DNA of 64,000 nucleotides from Strigamia acuminata (GCA_949358305.1 OX442314.1:30008001-30072000), one strand, 5' to 3'; positions 13,501 to 24,917 are shown, counted from the stretch's first letter. Notes: generated by a model from the sequence alone, not told the origin. Numbers and translations: made by a program.

Positions 13501-16500
13501 TTGCAGCGGAGGATTGATGGCCGCTGGGGCCGGGAGTTCATCTTCTCGATAGAACGGGAGAGCGCATCGCGCTTGCTCCTCTGCCTCGTGTTCTTGAGCC
13601 AGTTGTCGATTTTCGTCGACGCGAAGCTGCGCTGCGGCGGCTCGGAGTGCTTTCGACGGGAAGAATCCCGGAAAATCATTGAAGCACCCGGCGAGCGCCA
13701 ACTGGTGGAGCTCGGTTTGTGTGACGGGAAATTGCGGGTTCCCGTCACGAACGGACTGACGATACCGCTTAACGACTTCTCGCTGAGTCGTTTTGAGGTT
13801 TTTCCTCACTTGGTGGAGAGCACCGTAATTAATTCCGGTGCTCCTGAGCACTCTTCTGCGCTCGTGACGCTCTCGAGGCGTCACTGGCCATTGGTTGTGC
13901 AGCAACTCGGCAGCTAGTGGTCCTGGGGGGCTCTCGTCGAGCGTCCACTCGATTTCGTCGACTCCGTTGACGTGAAGGCGCTCGATGAACCGGCCTTTTG
14001 CTCCAAGACCTTGCAGGGCGGACTTCGAGAAGTCGTGGCGCAACTTCCACCACGTGTTGTTTGCCGTCTTCAGTCTTCTGATTTTTTCGGGCAACGCCGC
14101 TCGAAAAATCAGCGGGTGCTGAGTCGGCACGTGATCGGGAAGCGCGAATGGCGTTTCTCGATCCCTCTCGATCTATATTCGAAGAAAAATAAATAAATTA
14201 GTTTATTTAAAAATAAACAAATAATTTCTTATTTGAAATATTTTTTAAGCTTAGCGCTTGTGGCAGTGAGCCACTAAGGGATGTTGGTTGTCATGGCAAC
14301 TCCCTTCGCACATGCTTGAAGCACGTGACTTTTATAGCCGCCATTTTTATTTTTTAGCGGCTTGTGTTTGAAGTCAGGAAAAGTGAAATTACTCAATTTT
14401 TTTGACTGAAACACTAGGTAAAAATTATTTTACTAATTTACCCTCTCTTGTAACGATAATTGGACGTCGTTACCGGCTCCTTCCATCGGCGCTTCATCGT
14501 CCGCATGGAGGTTGACTTCGTCGTCTGCCATTCTCCTTCTTTTTCGCGTCGAAAAAGAAATTCTTTCAGCTAGAAAGAATTAACAAATTATATTAAATAT
14601 ATTTATCAAATTTTTCTTTCAGAAAAATAACTTACAGTTTGCTGAATCAAGAAAAACTGTCGTGCTGTATCGGAGTCGATGCATCCACTTCAAAACTTAT
14701 CGGAAAAGTGGCTAAGTTCGTTGATTGGAGAAACGAACTTGTTTCGGTGACACCGAATGACGTCACAAATTATAACGTATTGTGAACGTTGTCATTCGAG
14801 TGTGGACTACGAATGACGTCACGAGATTGCTCTCTCGGATCTTTTGGGTAAACCCAAAAGGTGAAAGTCAACGCTATGTCTTGGCTCGCGGAACGCGAGA
14901 TCTCAAGTTGTACTTTGACTTTCGCGAAGTACAATCCAACTTGTTTAGATTGTCATCAGCATCGTCTCCAATGTCAAATGAGTTATTTTCTTCATTGTTT
15001 GAAATTTTCTCTTTTTCTAAAAACATTTCCTTTTCTAGATTTTCATCAAGAGAAACATTTTCAAGTCGCTTGTTTATTTCATCGACTTTGTTATTTTTGA
15101 GTTTCGATTTTTCACTCGATTCCGTGTTTTCGACAGGAATTTTGGATAATTCAGTATCATCCAAGGTATTAACAATATTTTTTGTTTTTTGACCCACTTC
15201 CTCCCCTTCCAGCCAAATTTCTTGGTTGAAAACGGGAAAGTACGGCATTAATTCAGTGCCGTGAACAGCTGGATAAATTTTATTATCACTCAGCCGTCGA
15301 AGTTGAAAGGCGCCTCCTTGTAACCTTTTGACAATTACATAAGGTCCATTCCTTTTCGGTGAAATGCCTGCTGCTATTCCTTTAGCGGCATTTGAGAGAA
15401 TATGAGACTCTCGCCAGACTAAATCATTCTGTCTGAAGTTGTCGAATTTTTTGTCTGATTTTTCAGCTTCGACACGGCGTCTCAAATCTAAGACGTGAGA
15501 CATCATATGCTGATACGTCTCTGCAATTATTGCTTCTAATTTTTGAACATATAAATGCGGATTTTTTGGATCAATGACCAAAATTCCTTCCGGAATTCTT
15601 GGATCCCAAGGAATTCTTAATTCTCGGAAAAAATTCAAGAAAGCTGGAGAATAATCTCTGCCTCTTTTTACAGTTGTTCTCAAACTGAATGCAAATTCGC
15701 GTAGATACTCATCCCATTGGTCGTGAATATCTAAATAAATCGAAACTAAATATTTAATATCTCGATTGGTTCTCTCCACAGGATTGCTTTGTGGATGATA
15801 AATCGATGTCGGTGTTCGCGACATGTCGAATTTTTTGCAAAATTCTTTATAGACCTGTGATCGAAATTGAGGTCCATTATCACTTATAATTTGTCTTGGA
15901 AATCCAAAAGTTATCGATAAGTGATAAATTGTGTTGGCAACCTTTATTGCCGTTGGATTACACATTGGAAATAATTCTGGCCAATGTGTAGCGACATCTA
16001 CGATGACGCAAATGTGGGTATTGTTTTTTCTGGTTCTGGGTTTTGGGCCAGACAAATCCACACTGAGGCAGTCAAATGGTCCAAATGGTCCAATTTGAGC
16101 GCCTTCAATTTCGGTCTTCGATCTCGGCTTACATGCCTGACATCCTTGACAATGCTGAATAAAACGTGTAATATCACGTTTCATACCTTTCCAGGTATAA
16201 ACTCTTCGAGTTCTATACATTGTCCTCGCAATGCCTGGGTGGCCGGACAGTGGATGTCCGTGCATCAACCATATGATTTTATAAATCAATTTTCTTGGCA
16301 CGACAACTTTAAGTGCCCTACCATCCTCTCCTAATTCATCGGTAGAGGTAGGATGATAGTGGAGTAACATATCTTCTTCAATGAGATAAGTACTCGCGTG
16401 TCTTTCAAAATTTCTTCTTTGAAGACGAGTTACTATGTAACTTGGATATTGCTTGTTTAACAAGTAATTGCGAATATATTGGCAAAATTTGTCTGCTTTT

Positions 16501-19500
16501 TGCGCCGCAATAATGTCATCTCTCGTTGGAGGATCACATTCCAATTGTTTGGCAATTTTAGCTGCAAATGCTTTAATTAAAACATTTGTTGTTGGCAGCT
16601 CGAATTTTTTAGCCATCATAGCTCTTAATTCGACGTCAGGGGTTCCTGACGGATCATCCATATTAATACAAAAATTAATTAATGCTTGATCGTCTTCATT
16701 AACTATTATTGATTTGGGTAATTCGTTCAATTTTCCCATTTGCCAACTTCGGCAAGGAGATGGACAATATGATAATAAATCATCATTATCGCCATCGTCT
16801 TCTGGTTCGTCAGGTGCGCTGACAGGTGCACGTGACAATGCGTCTGCTATTACATTTAGCGGACCTTTGACGTACTGTATTTTGAACGAATACGCCATCA
16901 GCTCCATTTGCCAACGAGCTAATCTGCCCGACGGGTCAGATAACGACATCAACCACTTAAGTGCTTGGTGATCCGTTTGTACAGTGAATGTAGTGTACTC
17001 TAAATATGGGCGAAATTTGCGCAATCCCCATACTACTGCGAGACATTCTAATTCTGTCACAGTATAATTCTTTTCAGCGGGTTGCAAGCTTCTGCTTGCA
17101 TACACGCATGGCATTTCGACTTCTTGGCCATCCACATTTTTCTTTTGTGTAAGGGCTGCACCCAACCCTTGTCTACTGGCGTCAGTATGAACAATAAATG
17201 GCATGTACAAGTCAGGCATCTTCATTGTTTCAGCATTCGTAAGCAGGTCTTTTATTGCGTCAAATGCTGCTTGATGATGCAGTTCCCAATCGAACTCCGC
17301 ATCTTTCTTCAAGAGAGGCCTTAGTGGTTCTGCCACTGTGGCCAAATTCTTGATTAGGCGGTGAAAGAAATTCACCATGCCTAGAAATCTTTGTAATTCC
17401 TTAAGATTGGTAGGAGCCGGAAATTGCGTAATTGCAGCGACTTTTTTAGGGTCTACTGCAAGTCCTTCTACTCCTACTTTGTAGCCCAGAAAAATTAATT
17501 CCTTTCTACAGAGATGCGTCTTGCCAGGGTGCGCATGTAAATTAGCTTCTGCCAATTTTTTAAACACTATATCTAAATGTTTAATGTGTTCTTCGAACGA
17601 TTTAGATACAACAATTATGTCATCCAAATATGCCCATGCAAATTTTCTATAAGCGTCACCCAAAACCTTTTCCATCAATTCTTGGAAGGTAGTTGGTGCG
17701 TTTACTAATCCGAAAGGCATGACTAAAAACATTAGTCTTCCCATTGGGCTCCAGAAGGCAGTTTTTTCTCTGTCTTCAGGTCGCAATTCTATCTGCCAAT
17801 ATCCCTTGGTCAGATCTATAGTACTGACCCACTCGAATTCTCCGATTTCTCGCAGAATTTCCTCAATTGTTGGCATTTGAGGTGGGTTGTACTTAGTATG
17901 TGTATTGATTGGGCGGAAATCAATACACAGACGCGGGTCATTTCCAGGTCGCATGACTAGGACTGGCCGCATTCCGTAATCGCCTTCAGCTTTGACGACC
18001 ACGCCTTTGTCAATCATGTCTTGACAAAGTTGTCTGATTATTTCCCTTTTTTGAGGGTTTATGCTCTTAAAGGGGACGCGGATGGGTTTATCCGTGTCAA
18101 GCTCAATTTTGTGCTTAACCAGGTGGGTTTTACCTGGATTTTTAGAAATAATCCTTTTATGTTTGGATAACATTTTTTCTAATAATTTGGATTGCTCCAA
18201 ATTTAAGTTAGCTTCTTCGACTAACTTTTGGATGAAATTCTCTTCATCAATTTTGCCTTGAGTTACACTTGCAGCGTAAGCTTTTGCAAAGGTCATAAAT
18301 GAGGAATCGGGTTCCTCTATTTTCTCCAAATAACGTTCCAGCAACGCTTGTGGAATGTAGGGTAAATCTGCATCCACAGGTTGCGTGAAATTCCAAGACA
18401 TCGTCTGTGGATTAGGTTGGATTTTTAATTTATTCATAAAATCGCAACCCAATAGTACCATGGGATACTTATTTGGTATTACGATGAACGGATGACGTAA
18501 CGTGCCATGTGTCCATCGAAATGAAAGATGGATTGTTCCATCTGGAGTGACTTCTTCACTAGCCGTCGTAACTCTGACACCAGGTCCGATAGGTCGTAGA
18601 TATTTTTCTAGACCTAATTGTTTAATAACTGAAGTGGCTAGGAAGCTTTTATTTGCTCCTGAGTCCAACATTCCAGTTATTACACCTTTTAACGTTTCTA
18701 ACTTTAACGTCGGAAGGTCTTGGCTGTTTGGTATTCCAGCCAGTTTGCACTCAAACTTGCGCAATTTATGATGAATTGTAATTGGAGGCTCCAAAAGCAA
18801 TTCATCTAATAACTCATTGGTATCAAGAGTTGTAGCTGCAAATAACTTAATGCATTGTTCAATTCCAGTCGTTTCTGGAACCGAGCTTGGTCTATCATCT
18901 TTAATTTCGACTTTATCTTTAATATTGGAAGTGTCTTCTTCAGTCGGAGTTTCGCCGACAATCTCCTTTTTTAACTCAAGAGATTCTTTTTCTTTTAGTT
19001 CTGTTTGACGAATTAATTCATCAATAACTTCTCCAACATCTTCCATTATCTTCAGATTTTCATTCTCTGATTCCGATTTCGGAGAAGACGCAGCGTCCAC
19101 TAGACCTGATGGATCTGCGTCTACAAGTTTTTTCGAAACATGTCAGTTATGATCTTGACTGCTTTTTCAAACTCAGCTGTTGACACTGGTTTGTCCTTTT
19201 TAGAGGAAGGGCAGTCTTTTTGCCAATGCCCTAATTTTTTGCATAAATTGCATGGATCAGTGGCAGGCGATTTCTTTTTCGTTGCTGCTGGCGAGGCAGA
19301 ACGAGAACGAGCGTCAGACCGGCGCTCAGGCGACACCGCAGGTGAGTTTGAATTCCTTTCGGTATTCACCTTTGATGCGTCAAATGAAACATTTTTTGGT
19401 TTCATTCTTGGCTTCCATTTGCCTGCAACGGGGTTATTTTTTGCTAACAACGCCGCTGCTTTGGCCAATAAAGCCAACGTCTCATCTCCTGCTTCCTCCT

Positions 19501-22500
19501 CCTCTTCAGCTTCTTCAGCGTCAGACGGCGGAGTTTCAGCTCCAGTTATATTTGCATGTAACTTAGGGACTGAATGAGGATTTTTGACGTCCTTTTTGGA
19601 AGATTCTTTTTTCGAACTCTTCGCTTCCACCTCGTCTAGAAAGTCTTCGTAACTAGGTGGCTGCAACAATTTCAAACCATTAAAGGTTTCATTGTTTTGC
19701 TCAGCGAGTCTTTTCTCTCGCTTTAAGTACTGCTGCGATCCGGGTTTTTATCCACTTAATTTCTAATAAATAAGCACGAAACCGCAGGTGAATGCTATAA
19801 AAGACTTACAATCGGCGGCCTTAAATTATCTAGGGGTTAAGTTTAAGGAAAGAAATAAAAAGACAGTTTTTCGTATAAAAATCACAATAAATATGCTTTA
19901 TTCGTTTAAATTACAATGACTAGTTAAAATGTGCGACAAGTCGCGTAATAATGAGTATGAAACAAAGGAAGGGCTTGCAACGACTGTTGCAAGCTACAAA
20001 GCGTCAGAAATGGCGCTTAAACAACACACAGTTGTTAGGCGAAGGCAAATTGTCTTCGTTCTGTAAACTCACGAACGATGGTCGAAGACGATGGTTCTTG
20101 TGGGCTCCTTCTACGACTCGTGCGACGGCTCGGCGGCGGTGGTTGACGGCTGTAGGCGTCCGGCTCTCGTACGATGGCGGTGGCTGTCGTTCGCGCGGCA
20201 GCGACGGCGATGGTTCACGATCGTCGGGAAACTTCTCGGTTACGATTGCTGGAATTAGCTTCGGCTAATTCAAGCAGGATAGCTGGCTTTGTAATTCGTT
20301 ACAAAGCAAGCTGGTGAAACTTGACGGTTACACAGTCCACTGTCAATACGTATTGTCGGAGCAGATATCGCAGTGATGTTGTGGGTTGTGTATTTTTGTC
20401 AAGAGTCCCGATTTGAGCCAAGGCGCGAGCCCAGCACGCTTCAATATTGCGCAGAAAACCTGCGCACTTAGCTCAAATGGGTGCAACTAGTGGTTATTAC
20501 ACCATATTGCACCATAACGGCTAATAACCGTCTTCACCCCGGACAACCTGGGGTGATATGTGCCTAGAGAGGATTTCTCCCCTCGGTCACATGATCTGAC
20601 TTGGCGTGTGCCACAGTCAAATTAATTAGAAGACAATTAATTTTATCTTCTAAGTTGGTGAAATATATTGAGATCACCACAAGCTGGAACTGATGGGTGC
20701 ACTGCTGGCAACAAGACTGATTCCAACATTAAAAGCGACTCTTGGGTGTGAGGATTTCACAATTTGGACCGACTCAAAGATCGTATTGCATTGGATCCGC
20801 GACACCAAGAACAGACCAGCGACGTTCGTGTACAATCGTGTACGGGAAATTGTTGAGAATACATCGAGAGACGATTGGCGCCACTGCCCTGGGAAGGATA
20901 ATCCAGCCGACCTGGTTACGAGGGGAGTGAACGTAAAACAGCTCACCGAAGAACCATTTTGGTTGAAAGGACCGGCGTGGCTTGCAGACAACGAATCGAG
21001 ATGGCCAAATGAAGACGTGAACGTGAATCCAATCATCGAGGACGACGAAGAAGAAGTAAAAGTGACATTAATAACAATTGCAGAACCAGACATCGATTAC
21101 ACTCGATTTAGCACTTGGAAGAAATTAAAGAGAGCCACCGCTTGGACGTTTCGATTCATAACAAACTTAAAAACGAAAACTCGTAATGGTGAACCGTTAA
21201 CAAACAACGAACTAAAACTAAGTGAACAATATTGGGTGAAATACTTGCAGCAAACCAACTTCGGAGATGAACTTGAACAATTGAAAAACAAAAAACTGTT
21301 GCAAAAAACCTCACTAATATATAAACTTGCGCCTATTTTAGATGACAACAAAATAATCCGAGCAACCCACAGATGGAAATTAGAAGACGTACCTCGAGAC
21401 GTTCGAGAACCATGCATTATTCCTCATGCGCATCCGATTACCAGACTAATCATACGTGGTGAACACGAGAGATTACTCCACGGTGGACTGGCCGACACAT
21501 TAGCCAGTTTTCGCGAGCAGTTTTGGGTATTACGAGCGCGGAAAACCATCAAAAGCGTGATAAACAAGTGCGTGCAGTGCAGGAAAGTGCAGGGGCGTTT
21601 GGCTAAGGAAAAGTGGGGTTTGTTACCTGTGGATCGAATTACACCTTGTGAACCTTTTGAAATTTGTGGTATTGACTTTGCCGGACCTCTCTACACCAAG
21701 TTAGAGGCAAAAACGTATATTGCGCTGTTCACATGCGCAGTCACGAGAGCGATCCACCTCGAGTTGGTTTCAAATTTGTCAACTGAGCGTTTCATAGATG
21801 CGATGAAGCGTTTTATTTGTCGGCGAGGAATCCCCAAAACGATATATTCCGATAATGCGAAAACATTTATACGAGCAGATAAGGAGTTGAATTTATTTTT
21901 AAAAAGTTTGCCAGAAGACCAGTTTCAGGGATTCGTTACAGAGAAACAAATTAAATGGAAGTACATAGTTGAGACCGCACCTTGGTGGGGCGGTTTCTGG
22001 GAGCGCATGGTGCGTTCCGTAAAACTTACATTGAAGAAAACGATCGGGAAAAACTCGCTTGACTACGAAGGACTTGTTACGATTTTGGCAGAGGTTGAGG
22101 CTGTTGTAAATTCGAGGCCTTTAACCTATGTGTATGATAATCCTAGTGAGCAATTACCCCTTTCCCCTTCTCATTTTTTAATAGGAAGACGAATATCATT
22201 CCTGCCAACACTACAGAAGTATTCAACCGGCACGGGATCGAAGGAAATTGTTTTGAGAGCGTGGAAATATCGTCAGACGTTGCTGAGTCGGTTTTGGGAT
22301 CGTTGGACCAAAGAATACCTCATTGAGCTTCGACAACATCGTGGAAATACAAGTCAAACGAAATTTGATGTTGGCGACGTTGTCATCATCGAAGACCAGA
22401 ACAAACCGAGAATGACGTGGAAGCTGGGCCGCATCACCTCCGTGAAGGAAGGACGAGACGGTTTGATTCGCTCCTGCGAAATTCGGATGTCGAATGGAAC

Positions 22501-22615
22501 TCTGCTTCGAAGACCCATCCAGAGACTGTGCAACCTCGAAGTAGAAACCGAAGTTCCAGTCCGCCGGGACGGGGGGACTGTGGAAACTGGCGGTTTCCAA
22601 AGTGAAATAATTTAG
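7550..22615 (+). CDS. BEL/Pao Gag-Pol polyprotein (about 1760 aa when 7550-10902 and 20686-22615 are joined)
   Basis: Gag zinc knuckles, protease LDGGS, RT YVDD, RNase H FCDAS, and integrase HHCC/GIDFAGP/WWGGFWER. The junction reconstructs TLPKLELMGA, the Pao 'T.PRLEL.A' motif. Confidence 0.93.
11906..12649 (-). CDS. Gypsy-1 accessory ORF, C-terminal part (247 aa; possibly a frameshifted continuation of the upstream ORF)
   Basis: Long ORF on the pol strand that ends just before the PPT and overlaps the end of the 511-aa ORF in another frame. Confidence 0.55.
   Translation of the reverse strand: MAGRTPLPVTSATAAASLAVFQSAQEGAGCSFWPENAGSSQTPAGVQRAVEPRKLTGVGRAQGRGVTPSSTSAPALVFLGSPSHFDDATTEDSRPPPPPPPAKPETKVKAMKKESAYKTLMRLYPHFYLTPDTRTLLSNNHKLSRQVFMWLEDHIRVLSPPSVLHDRLLRARLAPEDPIEFAALGFFNRANSARIIQVWLHVNPGMVSGPNAGRDLCTVNERSNPRDDATDMMRPLTPERTQNMDES
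12595..14531 (-). CDS. Gypsy-1 spliced accessory gene, unknown function (about 555 aa)
   Basis: Exon 14531-14442 (MADDEVNLHADDEAPMEGAGNDVQLSLQER) is followed by a GT..AG intron at 14441-14173. It joins in phase 0 to IERDRETPFALPDHVPTQHP..., in frame with the 511-aa ORF. Confidence 0.65.
14874..19133 (-). CDS. pol: Gypsy-1 Pol (PR-RT-RNase H-IN), uninterrupted, entered by -1 frameshift
   Basis: LDSGA, YLDD, TDAS, TDHQAL, HHCC and SDNGPQF motifs in Gypsy order. Slippery heptamer A AAA AAC at 19133-19127. Confidence 0.95.
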   Translation of the reverse strand, partial: KKLVDADPSGLVDAASSPKSESENENLKIMEDVGEVIDELIRQTELKEKESLELKKEIVGETPTEEDTSNIKDKVEIKDDRPSSVPETTGIEQCIKLFAATTLDTNELLDELLLEPPITIHHKLRKFECKLAGIPNSQDLPTLKLETLKGVITGMLDSGANKSFLATSVIKQLGLEKYLRPIGPGVRVTTASEEVTPDGTIHLSFRWTHGTLRHPFIVIPNKYPMVLLGCDFMNKLKIQPNPQTMSWNFTQPVDADLPYIPQALLERYLEKIEEPDSSFMTFAKAYAASVTQGKIDEENFIQKLVEEANLNLEQSKLLEKMLSKHKRIISKNPGKTHLVKHKIELDTDKPIRVPFKSINPQKREIIRQLCQDMIDKGVVVKAEGDYGMRPVLVMRPGNDPRLCIDFRPINTHTKYNPPQMPTIEEILREIGEFEWVSTIDLTKGYWQIELRPEDREKTAFWSPMGRLMFLVMPFGLVNAPTTFQELMEKVLGDAYRKFAWAYLDDIIVVSKSFEEHIKHLDIVFKKLAEANLHAHPGKTHLCRKELIFLGYKVGVEGLAVDPKKVAAITQFPAPTNLKELQRFLGMVNFFHRLIKNLATVAEPLRPLLKKDAEFDWELHHQAAFDAIKDLLTNAETMKMPDLYMPFIVHTDASRQGLGAALTQKKNVDGQEVEMPCVYASRSLQPAEKNYTVTELECLAVVWGLRKFRPYLEYTTFTVQTDHQALKWLMSLSDPSGRLARWQMELMAYSFKIQYVKGPLNVIADALSRAPVSAPDEPEDDGDNDDLLSYCPSPCRSWQMGKLNELPKSIIVNEDDQALINFCINMDDPSGTPDVELRAMMAKKFELPTTNVLIKAFAAKIAKQLECDPPTRDDIIAAQKADKFCQYIRNYLLNKQYPSYIVTRLQRRNFERHASTYLIEEDMLLHYHPTSTDELGEDGRALKVVVPRKLIYKIIWLMHGHPLSGHPGIARTMYRTRRVYTWKGMKRDITRFIQHCQGCQACKPRSKTEIEGAQIGPFGPFDCLSVDLSGPKPRTRKNNTHICVIVDVATHWPELFPMCNPTAIKVANTIYHLSITFGFPRQIISDNGPQFRSQVYKEFCKKFDMSRTPTSIYHPQSNPVERTNRDIKYLVSIYLDIHDQWDEYLREFAFSLRTTVKRGRDYSPAFLNFFRELRIPWDPRIPEGILVIDPKNPHLYVQKLEAIIAETYQHMMSHVLDLRRRVEAEKSDKKFDNFRQNDLVWRESHILSNAAKGIAAGISPKRNGPYVIVKRLQGGAFQLRRLSDNKIYPAVHGTELMPYFPVFNQEIWLEGEEVGQKTKNIVNTLDDTELSKIPVENTESSEKSKLKNNKVDEINKRLENVSLDENLEKEMFLEKEKISNNEENNSFDIGDDADDNLNKLDCTSRKSKYNLRSRVPRAKT
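19121..19730 (-). pseudogene. gag: Gypsy-1 Gag, C-terminal part only
   Basis: Zinc knuckle CNLCKKLGHWQKDC. The frame is open right up to the LTR edge with no start codon or PBS. Confidence 0.8.
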
Positions 22616-23230
22616 TTGAGTGTTTTGACCACCGTGGCACAAGTGAAAACTTACTTGTGACCCGGATTAAATGTATTCTTGGAATTGGGGATTATCTTAA
22701 TCCCTTTGCTTTATATACTCAAAATTGAATAAAATTATCACTGTCTTTTCAAATGTAAACCTGTCTACATCATTTCTCGAGTACGCAACAATCAACCTGA
22801 ATCCGACTCCATCCGTCGTTTTAAACCGTTTTAAGTTAAATCATTTTATACAAGTTGCGTGTGCAACGTTATAATGATATACAAGGATACAAGTTGGCCA
22901 CTTAGATAGAGCTTGGATGCCTCCATTTTGTTTTGAGTTTCACAAGCCTCAAAATCACTTCTTATCAAAATCACAAAAACTACCTTTTAGATGTTTTTGG
23001 GATTTTGTGTTTTCACTCTCTTGTACTTTAGTGAATGTGAATGTGATTGGTAGAACAGATATCACATGGCAATACTCAAAAATCACAAAGTTGTCCAGCT
23101 CACACAATTGCAAAATTGACTGGGTTAATTCAATGTAATCCCATTTTTGGAGGCATCAAAAAATAATGATTTTGTGATTAATGCAAAATCACAAAATTGA
23201 AAAATCATTCATATAATGAAACCCCCTAAT

Positions 23231-23510
23231 CAAGTGGGCGAGGGATTTTCTGAGCAAAATTGGAGAGGGAAACTGCGTCTAGACGAGCGTGCCAATCTTC
23301 ACCGACGGCTCGCCAGCAATCCAAATATTGTGCGGATCAAACCAAATCGGCCGTACGAAACATATGAACAGGCATACAATGTTCATTCAAGACGAAATAA
23401 AACTTGGGAATATCAAGTTGATTCATCTGCCGACAACGGAAATGATCGCAGATTTCTTGACCAAAGCGGCGGCCGAAGATAAATTTGCGGAGGGTCGAAA
23501 AAGCATAAGC
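23231..23510 (+). pseudogene. Copia RNase H relic, 3' part
   Basis: PIFTDGSPAIQI...RTKHMNRH...EMIADFLTK. Confidence 0.75.
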
Positions 23511-23542
23511 GATAGTTTATTCATTTATTCATTTATTCGTTT

Positions 23543-24203
23543 TGATTGAATTTTAATATAAGTTTTACAAATTAAAACTACTGATTGAATGTTAATATAA
23601 GTTTTACAAATTAAAACTACTGATTGAATGTTAATATAAGTTTTACAAATTAAAACTACTGATTGAATGTTAATATAAGTTTTACAAATTAAAACTACTG
23701 ATTGAATGTTAATATAAGTTTTACAAATTAAAACTACTGATTGAATGTTAATATAAGTTTTACAAATTAAAACTACTGATTGAATGTTAATATAAGTTTT
23801 ACAAATTAAAACTACTGATTGAATGTTAATATAAGTTTTACAAATTAAAACTACTGATTGAATGTTAATATAAGTTTTACAAATTAAAACTACTGATTGA
23901 ATGTTAATATAAGTTTTACAAATTAAAACTACTGATTGAATGTTAATATAAGTTTTACAAATTAAAACTACTGATTGAATGTTAATATAAGTTTTACAAA
24001 TTAAAACTACTGATTGAATGTTAATATAAGTTTTACAAATTAAAACTACTGATTGAATGTTAATATAAGTTTTACAAATTAAAACTACTGATTGAATGTT
24101 AATATAAGTTTTACAAATTAAAACTACTGATTGAATGTTAATATAAGTTTTACAAATTAAAACTACTGATTGAATGTTAATATAAGTTTTACAAATTAAA
24201 ACT
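23543..24203. repeat. 39-bp tandem repeat, about 17 near-perfect copies
   Basis: Unit TGATTGAATGTTAATATAAGTTTTACAAATTAAAACTAC. Single copy in the paralogous units near 2856 and 36825. Confidence 0.95.
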
Positions 24204-24346
24204 AACGATGATTCATATGGAAATTTGTTGCGCTTTTATATCAACATAAGTTTTACAGATGTATGATGTAACAGCACAATGCTTGCGTGTATTGTTACGG
24301 TTACCGTTACAGTAAAAAACACTTGTCATTTTTTCCCATATTCAAC

Positions 24347-24917
24347 GGGTTCCATTTATTTGTACACTATTTTCCCTTATGTTTACACTAAAAAAAATAA
24401 ATTTTTTACGACCCCGCCTTCTTTTTTCTACCTAACCTAACCTAACCTAACCTAAACTACAGTCAGCGCACGATATCTTGATGCTAAATTCGTACTGCGC
24501 ATCCCATTCTGCGCAGACGATTTTCTAATTCCAGTTGTTATTTAGCAGTATTAAGCCTAATATTAGGCGTATCAATGCTAAAATAAAGTAAATAAACAAC
24601 AATATTTTGGTCACACTGTGTTGATTACTTTTAATGATGAGTTTATTGTTGTTTATTTACTTTATTTTAGCATTATTAGGCCTAATATTAGGCTTAATAC
24701 TGATAAATAACAACAAGAAAATCGTCTGCGCAGAATGGGATGCGCAGTACGAATTTAGCATCAAGATACCGTGCGCTGACTGTAGTCCTTGATGTGTATG
24801 AATTTATCTTGTGTAGAAATAAGGGAAAATAATGGTGATATTTAAAAATTTAGTGTAAAAGTCAGAGATTTTTAGTGTAAAAAATAAGGGAAAATAATGT
24901 ACAAATAATGTAATCCC
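24347..24917. mobile_element. Mutator-like MITE with about 9-bp TSD, upstream of B2
   Basis: GGG...CCC termini with about 45-bp imperfect TIRs, flanked by ATATTCAAC / ATATTTCAAC. Absent from the B1 promoter. Contains (CCTAA)5. Confidence 0.7.
24460..24782. mobile_element. Tc1/mariner-like palindromic MITE nested in the previous element
   Basis: CAGTCAGCGCACG...CGTGCGCTGACTG termini, long near-perfect arms, flanked by TA. Confidence 0.8.

Larger units (their letters stand above)
10903..20681 (-). mobile_element. Gypsy-1 LTR retrotransposon nested in BEL pol
   Basis: 951-bp LTRs at 10903-11853 and 19731-20681 (TG...CA), TSD AGCT, PPT next to 11853. The PBS and 5' part of gag are missing. Confidence 0.95.
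7205..22873 (+). mobile_element. BEL/Pao LTR retrotransposon (interrupted by Gypsy-1)
   Basis: 295-bp LTRs at 7205-7499 and 22579-22873 look identical. TSD ATGAT. PBS TGGTGCCGAAACCCGGGA is complementary to the tRNA-Phe 3' end. G-rich PPT precedes the 3' LTR. Confidence 0.95.
6756..23227. mobile_element. About 0.8 kb MITE (14-bp TIR AGGGGGTTTCATTA, probable AAT TSD) split by the BEL element
   Basis: TIR at 6756-6769 and its reverse complement TAATGAAACCCCCT at 23214-23227, with AAT on both sides. Confidence 0.7.

Noticed and set aside
11906..14130. Gypsy accessory ORFs as envelope genes
   Set aside because: No signal peptide, furin site plus fusion peptide, or C-terminal TM segment is visible in either element.
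23543..24203. Regular 39-bp repeats as a CRISPR array
   Set aside because: Head-to-tail units with no spacers, eukaryotic context, and single copy in paralogous units.
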